Of a DNA stretch of 64,000 nucleotides, positions 53,705 through 64,000 are shown in pieces (position 1 is the first letter of the stretch; each line of letters begins with the position of its first letter). Where the stretch lies: contig JAUCBJ010007359.1 of NCBI GenBank assembly GCA_032718475.1, forward strand, positions 62,001-126,000, in the 5' to 3' direction. Origin of the DNA: Nemertoderma westbladi (Eukaryota > Animalia > Xenacoelomorpha). A program made the translations under genes and the position numbers. The notes beneath the pieces were generated by a model. The model was not told the origin of the DNA. It saw only the letters and a program-made list of their open reading frames with translations, and did no database searches.

Positions 53705-54455
53705 TTTTTTTTTACTACTGCTAAGTATTTGATAGTATAATAACATAGTTGATACAATGGATTTCAAATTGCACTATTACACCCTATCACCAAATCTGAT
53801 TTATACAATGAGGTACAGTGATACGGATGTAAGGGGGAAATTCAAAACAGTTGGTTGTTTATGTTGTAGGCCTACTGGTCAGCTATTGTAGGCCTGTACG
53901 ACTGCGCTGTACTACCAGGCTACGGCTCAGTGTCGGCGTTGTCCAACCAAATGGAGGCATCAGACACTGGACAATGAACCGGCCGTTTAGAGGCTGACCT
54001 ACAACCTCGAAGGCAGAGCAGGGAGGAACGAAGCAACGCGAAGTTTAACTTGCGCCGGATCCACGTGACGCATTCCGAGTACCTGACCTCGCGTTTGTCC
54101 GCGAGCTTCTGTCCCAGGCGCTTAACAAACTGGCGCGTGGTCGGCGCCATCCCGCCAAAGGCCGAGAATATGAGGGGGACGAAAGTAGAATGTTCCACCT
54201 CCCGTATCCTCTCCTCGTACTTAAGAATCTTACGATTCTCGTGGTGGAGGTGCGCTGCGTCTAGGGACATAGCCGCGTTCGTCGCCGCCAGCGGGTTAAA
54301 CACGGACACGTCGATGAACGACCGCTGGAATCGGTTTCCCCAGAAGCCGCTCACAGACACATCCAGCCTCGCCTGCTGGTCCGTCGAGGTGGTACGATGG
54401 GTGAAAGTTTCACCGGATAACGACTGGAGCATCGGCTCAACAGCAACGCTGTACA
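53705..54455 (-). mobile_element. CRE-like fragment, copy 2
   Basis: Same length (751 bp), same junctions, TSD and translation as copy 1; offset 8066 bp. Confidence 0.85.
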
Positions 54456-57400
54456 TTAGTTCTAGGAGTGATATACGATATATCACCTGTTAGTTTTAGA
54501 AGTGATATACGATATATTACTTGTTAGTTCGAGGAGTGATATACGATATATCACCTGTTAGTTCTAGGAGTGATATACGATATATCACCTGTTAGTTCTA
54601 GGAGTGATATACAGTACGATATATCACCTGTTAGTTCTAGGAGTGATATACGATATATCACTTGTTAGTTCTAGAAGTGATATACGATATATCACCTGTT
54701 AGTTCTAGGATTGATTTACGATATATCACCTGTTAGTTCTAGGAGTGCTATACAGTATGATATATCACCTGTTAGTTCTAGGAGTGATATACGATATATC
54801 ACATGTTAGTTCTAGGAGTGATATACGATATATCACCTGTTAGTTCTAGGAGTGATATACGATATATCACCTGTTAGTTCTACGTGTGATATACGATATA
54901 TTACCTGTTAGTTCTAGGAGCGATATACGATATATCACTTGTTAGTTCTAGGAGTGATATACGATATATCACCTGTTAGTTCTAGGAGTGATATACGATA
55001 TATCACCTGTTAGTTCTAGGAGTGATATACAGTACGATATATCACCTGTTAGTTCTAGGAGTGATATACAGTACGATATATCACCTGTTAGTTCTAGGAG
55101 TGATATACGATATATCACATGTTAGTTCTAGGAGTGATATACGATATATCACCTGTTAGTTCTAGGAGTGATATACGATATATCACCTGTTAGTTCTACG
55201 TGTGATATACGATATATCACCTGTTAGTTCTAGGATTGATTTACGATATATCACCTGTTAGTTCTAGGAGTGCTATACAGTATGATATATCACCTGTTAG
55301 TTCTAGGAGTGATATACAGTACGATATATCACCTGTTAGTTCTAGGAGTGATATACGATATATCACATGTTAGTTCTAGGAGTGATATACGATATATCAC
55401 CTGTTAGTTCTAGGAGTGATATACGATATATCACCTGTTAGTTCTACGTGTGATATACGATATATTACCTGTTAGTTCTAGGAGCGATATACGATATATC
55501 ACCTGTTAGTTCTAGGAGTGCTATACAGTATGATATATCACCTGTTAGTTCTAGGAGTGATATACAGTACGATATATCACCTGTTAGTTCTAGGAGTGAT
55601 ATACGATATATCACATGTTAGTTCTAGGAGTGATATACGATATATCACCTGTTAGTTCTAGGAGTGATATACGATATATCACCTGTTAGTTCTAGGAGTG
55701 ATATACGATATATTACCTGTTAGTTCTAGGAGCGATATACGATATATCACATGTTAGTTCTAGGAGTGATATACGATATATCACCTGTTAGTTCTAGGAG
55801 TGATATACGATATATCACCTGTTAGTTCTAGGAGCGATATACGATATATCACCTGTTAGTTCTAGGAGTGATATACAGTACGATATATCACCTGTTAGTT
55901 CTAGGAGTGATATACGATATATCACCTGTTAGTTCTACGTGTGATATACGATATATTACCTGTTAGTTCTAGGAGCGATATACGATATATCACCTGTTAG
56001 TTCTAGGAGTGCTATACAGTATGATATATCACCTGTTAGTTCTAGGAGTGATATACAGTACGATATATCACCTGTTAGTTCTAGGAGTGATATACAGTAC
56101 GATATATCACCTGTTAGTTCTAGGAGTGCTATACAGTATGATATATCACCTGTTAGTTCTAGGAGTGATATACAGTACGATATATCACCTGTTAGTTCTA
56201 GGAGTGATATACGATATATCACCTGTTAGTTCTAGGAGTGATATACGATATATTACTTGTTAGTTGTAGGAGTGATATACGATATATCACCTGTTAGTTC
56301 TAGGAGCGATATACGATATATCACCTGTTAGTTCTAGGAGTGATATACAGTACGATATATCACCTGTTAGTTCTAGGAGTGATATACGATATATCACCTG
56401 TTAGTTCTACGTGTGATATACGATATATTACCTGTTAGTTCTAGGAGCGATATACGATATATCACCTGTTAGTTCTAGGAGTGCTATACAGTATGATATA
56501 TCACCTGTTAGTTCTAGGAGTGATATACAGTACGATATATCACCTGTTAGTTCTAGGAGTGATATACAGTACGATATATCACCTGTTAGTTCTAGGAGTG
56601 CTATACAGTATGATATATCACCTGTTAGTTCTAGGAGTGATATACAGTACGATATATCACCTGTTAGTTCTAGGAGTGATATACGATATATCACCTGTTA
56701 GTTCTAGGAGTGATATACAGTACGATATATCACCTGTTAGTTCTAGGAGTGATATACAGTACGATATATCACCTGTTAGTTCTAGGAGTGCTATACAGTA
56801 TGATATATCACCTGATAGTTCTAGGAGTGATATACGATATATCACCTGTTAGTTCTAGGAGTGATATACAGTACGATATATCACCTGTTAGTTCTAGGAG
56901 TGATATACAGTACGATATATCACCTGTTAGTTCTAGGAGTGATATACGATATATCACCTGTTAGTTCTAGGAGTGATATACGATATATTACTTGTTAGTT
57001 GTAGGAGTGATATACGATATATCACCTGTTAGTTCTAGGAGTGATATACGATATATCACCTGTTAGTTCTAGGAGTGATATACGATATATCACCTGTTAG
57101 TTCTAGGAGTGATATACGATATATCACCTGTTAGTTCTAGGAGTGATATACAGTACGATATATCACCTGTTAGTTCTAGGAGCGATATACAGTACGATAT
57201 ATCACCTTTTAGTTCTAGGAGCGATATACGATATATCACATGTTAGTTCTAGGAGTGATATACGATATATCACTTGTTAGTTCTAGGAGTGATATACGAT
57301 ATATCACCTGTTAGTTCTAGGAGTGATATAGAGTACGATATATCACCTGTTAGTTCTAAGAATGATATACGATATATCACCTGTTAGTTCTAACAATGAT

Positions 57401-60400
57401 ATACGATATATCACATGTTAGTTCTATGAGTGATATAGAGTACGATATATCACCTGTTAGTTCTAAGAATGATATACGATATATCACTTGTTAGTTCTAG
57501 GAGTGATATACGATATATCACCTGTTAGTTCTAGGAGTGATATACGATATATCACCTGTTAGTTCTAGGAGTGATATACGATATATCACCTGTTAGTTCT
57601 AGGAGCGATATACAGTACGATATATCACCTTTTAGTTCTAGGAGTGATAGACGATATATCACCTGTTAGTTCTAGGAGTGATATACGATATATCACTTGT
57701 TAGTTCTAGGAGTGATATACGATATATGACCTGTTAGTTCTAGGAGTGATATACGATATATCACCTGTTAGTTCTAGGATTGATTTACGATATATCACCT
57801 GTTAGTTCTAGGAGTGATATACAGTACGATATATCACCTGTTAGTTCTAGGAGTGATATACGATATATCACCTGTTAGTTCTAGGAGTGATATACAGTAC
57901 GATATATCACCTGTTAGTTCTAGGAGTGATATACAGTACGATATATCACCTGTTAGTTCTAGGAGTGATATAGAGTACGATATATCACCTGTTAGTTCTA
58001 AGAATGATATACGATATATCACCTGTTAGTTCTAAGAATGATATACGATATATCACCTGTTAGTTCTAGGAGTGATATAGAGTACGATATATCACCTGTT
58101 AGTTCTAAGAATGATATACGATATATCACCTGTTAGTTCTAACAATGATATACGATATATCACATGTTAGTTCTATGAGTGATATAGAGTACGATATATC
58201 ACCTGTTAGTTCTAAGAATGATATACGATATATCACTTGTTAGTTCTAGGAGTGATATACGATATATCACCTGTTAGTTCTAGGAGTGATATACGATATA
58301 TCACCTGTTAGTTCTAGGAGTGATATACGATATATCACCTGTTAGTTCTAGGAGCGATATACAGTACGATATATCACCTTTTAGTTCTAGGAGTGATAGA
58401 CGATATATCACCTGTTAGTTCTAGGAGTGATATACGATATATCACTTGTTAGTTCTAGGAGTGATATACGATATATGACCTGTTAGTTCTAGGAGTGATA
58501 TACGATATATCACCTGTTAGTTCTAGGATTGATTTACGATATATCACCTGTTAGTTCTAGGAGTGATATACAGTACGATATATCACCTGTTAGTTCTAGG
58601 AGTGATATACGATATATCACCTGTTAGTTCTAGGAGTGATATACAGTACGATATATCACCTGTTAGTTCTAGGAGTGATATACGATATATCACCTGTTAA
58701 TTCTAGGAGTGATATACAGTACGATATATCACCTGTTAGTTCTAGGAGTGATATACGATATATCACCTGTTAATTCTAGGAGTGATATACGATATATCAC
58801 CTGTTAGTTCTAGGAGTGATATACGATATATCACCTGTTAATTCTAGGAGTGATATACAGTACGATATATCACCTGTTAGTTCTAGGAGTGATATACGAT
58901 ATATCACCTGTTAGTTCTAGGATTGATTTACGATATATCACCTGTTAGTTCTAGGAGTGATATACAGTACGATATATCACCTGTTAGTTCTAGGAGTGAT
59001 ATACGATATATCACCTGTTAGTTCTAGGAGTGATATACAGTACGATATATCACCTGTTAGTTCTAGGAGTGATATACGATATATCACCTGTTAATTCTAG
59101 GAGTGATATACAGTACGATATATCACCTGTTAGTTCTAGGAGTGATATACGATATATCACCTGTTAATTCTAGGAGTGATATACGATATATCACCTGTTA
59201 GTTCTAGGAGTGATATACGATATATCACCTGTTAATTCTAGGAGTGATATACAGTACGATATATCACCTGTTAGTTCTAGGAGTGATATACGATATATCA
59301 CCTGTTAATTCTAGGAGTGATATACAGTACGATATATCACCTGTTAGTTCTAGGAGTGATATACGATATATCACCTGTTAGTTCTAAGAATGATATACGA
59401 TATATCACATGTTAGTTCTAGAAGTGATATACGATATTCTAGGAGTGATATACGATATATCACCTGTTAGTTCTAGGAGTGATATAGAGTACGATATATC
59501 ACCTGTTAGTTCTAAGAATGATATACGATATATCACATGTTAGTTCTAGAAGTGATATACGATATTCTAGGAGTGATATACGATATATAACCTGTTAAGT
59601 CTAGGAGCGATATACGATATATCACCTGTTAGTTCTAGGAGTGATATACGATATATCACCTGTTAGTTCTAGGAGATATATACAGTACGATATATCACCT
59701 GTTAGTTCTAGGAGTGATATACGATATATCAACTGTTAGTTCTAGAAGTGATATACTATATATCACCTGTTAGTTCTAGGAATGATATACGATATATCAC
59801 CTGTTAGTTCTAGGTGTGATATACGATATATCACCTGTTAGTTCTACGAGTGCTATACAGTATGATATATCACCTGTTAGTTCTAGGAGTGATATACAGT
59901 ACGATATATCACCCGTTAGTTCTAGGAGTGATATACGATATATCACCTGTTAGTTTTAGAAGTGATATACGATATATTACTTGTTAGTTCGAGGTGTGAT
60001 ATACGATATATCACCTGTTAGTTCTAGGAGTGATATACGATATATCACCTGTTAGTTCTAGGAGTGATATACAGTACGATATATCACCTGTTAGTTCTAG
60101 GAGTGATATACGATATATCACCTGTTAGTTCTAGGAGTGATATACGATATATCACCTGTTAGTTCTAGGAGTGATATACGATATATCACCTGTTAGTTCT
60201 AGGAGTGATATACAGTACGATATATCACCTGTTAGTTCTAGGAGTGATATACAGTACGATATATCACCTGTTAGTTCTAGGAGTGATATACGATATATTA
60301 CTTGTTAGTTCTAGGAGTGATATACGATATATCACTTGTTAGTTCTAGGAGTGATATACGATATATCACCTGTTAGTTTTAGAAGTGATATACGATATAT

Positions 60401-63400
60401 TACTTGTTAGTTCGAGGTGTGATATACGATATATCACCTGTTAGTTCTAGGAGTGATATACGATATATCACCTGTTAGCTCTTGGAGTGATATACAGTAC
60501 GATATATCACCTGTTAGTTCTAGGAGTGATATACGATATATCACCTGTTAGTTCTAGGAGTGATATACGATATATCACCTGTTAGTTCTAGGAGTGATAT
60601 ACAGTACGATATATCACCTGTTAGTTCTAGGAGTGATATACGATATATCACTTGTTAGTTCTAGGAGTGATATACGATATATCACCTGTTAGTTCTAGGA
60701 TTGATTTACGATATATCACCTGTTAGTTCTAGGAGTGATATACAGTACGATATATCACCTGTTAGTTCTAGGAGTGATATACGATATATCACTTGTTAGT
60801 TCTAGGTGTTAGTTCTAGGATTGATTTACGATATATCACCTGTTAGTTCTAGGAGTGATATACAGTACGATATATCACCTTTAGTTCTAGGAGTGATATA
60901 CGATATATCACCTGTTAGTTTTAGAAGTGATATACGATATATTACTTGTTAGTTCTAGGAGTGATATACGATATATGACCTGTTAGTTCTAGGATTGATT
61001 TACGATATATCACCTGTTAGTTCTAGGAGTGATATACAGTACGATATATCACCTGTTAGTTCTAGGAGTGATATACGATATATCACCTGTTAGTTCTAGG
61101 AGTGATATACAGTACGATATATCACCTGTTAGTTCTAGGAGTGATATACGATATATTACCTGTTAGTTCTAGGAGTGATATACAGTACGATATATCACCT
61201 GTTAGTTCTAGGAGTGATATACGATATATCACCTGTTAGTTCTAGGAGTGATATACGATATATCACCTGTTAGTTTTAGAAGTGATATACGATATATTAC
61301 TTGTTAGTTCTAGGAGTGATATACGATATATGACCTGTTAGTTCTAGGATTGATTTACGATATATCACCTGTTAGTTCTAGGAGTGATATACAGTACGAT
61401 ATATCACCTGTTAGTTCTAGGAGTGATATACGATATATCACTTGTTAGTTCTAGGAGTGATATAGAGTACGATATATCACCTGTTAGTTCTAAGAATGAT
61501 ATACGATATATCACATGTTAGTTCTAGAAGTGATATACGATATATTACCTGTTAGTTCTATGAGTGATATACGATATATCACCTGTTAGTTTTAGAAGTG
61601 ATATACGATATATTACTTGTTAGTTCTAGGAGTGATATACGATATATGACCTGTTAGTTCTAGGATTGATTTACGATATATCACCTGTTAGTTCTAGGAG
61701 TGATATACAGTACGATATATCACCTGTTAGTTCTAGGAGTGATATACGATATATCACTTGTTAGTTCTAGGAGTGATATAGAGTACGATATATCACCTGT
61801 TAGTTCTAAGAATGATATACGATATATCACCTGTTAGTTCTAGAAGTGATATACGATATATCACCTGTTAGTTCTAGGAGTGATATACAGTACGATATAT
61901 CACCTGTTAGTTCTAGTAGTGATATACGATATATCACCTGTTAGTTCTATGAGTGATATACAGTACGATATATCACCTGTTAGTTCTAGGAGTGATATAC
62001 AGTACGATATATCAACTGTTAGCTCTTGGAGTGATATACAGTACGATATATCACCTGTTAGTTCTAGGAGTGATATACGATATATCACCTGTTAGTTCTA
62101 GGAGTGATATACGATATATCACCTGTTAGTTCTAGGAGTGATATACGATATATCACCTGTTAGTTCTAGGAGATATATACAGTACGATATATCACCTGTT
62201 AGTTCTAGGAGTGATATACGATATATCACCTGTTAGTTCTAGGAGATATATACAGTACGATATATCACCTGTTAGTTCTAGGAGTGATATACGATATATC
62301 AACTGTTAGTTCTAGAAGTGATATACTATATATCACCTGTTAGTTCTAGGAATGATATACGATATATCACCTGTTAGTTCTAGGTGTGATATACGATATA
62401 TCACCTGTTAGTTCTACGAGTGCTATACAGTATGATATATCACCTGTTAGTTCTAGGAGTGATATACAGTACGATATATCACCTGTTAATTCTAGGAGTG
62501 ATATACGATATATCAACTGTTAGTTCTAGGAGTGATATACGATATTCTAGGAGTGATATACGATATATAACCTGTTAAGTCTAGGAGCGATATACGATAT
62601 ATCACCTGTTAGTTCTAGGAGTGATATACGATATATCACCTGTTAGTTCTAGGAGTGATATACGATATATCACCTGTTAGTTCTAGGTGTGATATACGAT
62701 ATATCAACTGTTAGTTCTAGAAGTGATATACTATATATCACCTGTTAGTTCTAGGAATGATATACGATATATCACCTGTTAGTTCTAGGTGTGATATACG
62801 ATATATCACCTGTTAGTTCTACGAGTGCTATACAGTATGATATATCACCTGTTAGTTCTAGGAGTGATATACAGTACGATATATCACCCGTTAGTTCTAG
62901 GAGTGATATACGATATATCACCTGTTAGTTTTAGAAGTGATATACGATATATTACTTGTTAGTTAGGTGTGATATACGATATATCACCTGTTAGTTCTAG
63001 GAGTGATATACGATATATCACCTGTTAGTTCTAGGAGTGATATACAGTACGATATATCACCTGTTAGTTCTAGGAGTGATATACGATATATCACTTGTTA
63101 GTTCTAGGAGTGATATACGATATATCACCTGTTAGTTCTAGGATTGATTTACGATATATCACCTGTTAGTTCTAGGAGTGATATACAGTACGATATATCA
63201 CCTGTTAGTTCTAGGAGTGATATACGATATATCACTTGTTAGTTCTAGGAGTGATATACGATATATCACCTGTTAGTTCTAGGAGTGATATACGATATAT
63301 CACCTGTTAGTTCTAGGAGTGATATACAGTACGATATATCACCTGTTAGTTCTAGGAGTGATATACAGTACGATATATCACCTGTTAGTTCTAGGAGTGA

Positions 63401-63679
63401 TATACGATATATCACTTGTTAGTTCTAGGAGTGATATACGATATATCACCTGTTAGTTCTAGGATTGATTTACGATATATCACCTGTTAGTTCTAGGAGT
63501 GATATACAGTACGATATATCACCTGTTAGTTCTAGGAGTGATATACGATATATCACTTGTTAGTTCTAGGAGTGATATACGATATATCACCTGTTAGTTC
63601 TAGGATTGATTTACGATATATCACCTGTTAGTTCTAGGAGTGATATACAGTACGATATATCACCTTTAGTTCTAGGAGT

Positions 63680-64000
63680 TTTTTTTTTACTACTGCTAAG
63701 TATTTGATAGTATAATAACATAGTTGATACAATGGATTTCAAATTGCACTATTACACCCTATCACCAAATCTGATTTATACAATGAGGTACAGTGATACG
63801 GATGTAAGGGGGAAATTCAAAACAGTTGGTTGTTTATGTTGTAGGCCTACTGGTCAGCTATTGTAGGCCTGTACGACTGCGCTGTACTACCAGGCTACGG
63901 CTCAGTGTCGGCGTTGTCCAACCAAATGGAGGCATCAGACACTGGACAATGAACCGGCCGTTTAGAGGCTGACCTACAACCTCGAAGGCAGAGCAGGGAG
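63680..64000 (-). mobile_element. CRE-like fragment, copy 3 (runs off the window)
   Basis: Same 3' junction, A10 tail and sequence; offset 9975 bp from copy 2. Confidence 0.85.

Larger units (their letters stand above)
34679..64000. repeat. Satellite array (>29 kb), 34-bp monomer CACCTGTTAGTTCTAGGAGTGATATACGATATAT and 39-bp variant (+AGTAC)
   Basis: Direct periodicity (e.g. GAGTGA at 35161 and 35195); recurring variant monomers; runs to the window end. Confidence 0.98.

Noticed and set aside
36145-62095. Many short ORFs (MIYSTIYHLLV.., MIYRISLLEL..)
   Set aside because: They are translations of satellite monomers with GTG starts; the 39-bp unit simply gives a 13-aa period.
34679-64000. CRISPR array (34-39-bp palindromic repeats)
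   Set aside because: Monomers are head-to-tail with no unique spacers, there are no cas genes, and the context is eukaryotic.

Overview
Eukaryotic (invertebrate-like, AT-rich) repeat-dense DNA, not a prokaryotic locus. 1-32.4 kb is a nest of three diverged copies (A, B, C) of one BEL/Pao LTR-retrotransposon family. All three keep gag (DUF1759-like, zinc knuckles) and the aspartic protease but lack RT, most of RNase H and integrase. All three also carry an extra unidentified ORF before the 3' LTR. Copy C (12695-24421, +, two LTRs, GGTAT TSD) is inserted in the gag of copy B (-). B also carries a 5'-truncated CR1/L2-group LINE (CACAGA TSD), and a TTAA-flanked piggyBac-like element joins truncated A to truncated B. 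At ~34 kb two spliced minus-strand exons, missed by the ORF track, encode a complete ShKT domain. From ~34.7 kb to the end is a 34/39-bp dyad-symmetric satellite with higher-order structure. It contains three apparently identical copies of a 751-bp 5'-truncated CRE-like (RLE) non-LTR retrotransposon. Best leads: the RT/IN-less BEL lineage with covarying hairpins where a tRNA PBS is expected, a duplicated pseudoknot-like RNA module, the orphan third ORF, and the satellite-embedded RLE endonuclease ORF. All family assignments come from motif recognition by eye, not database searches.
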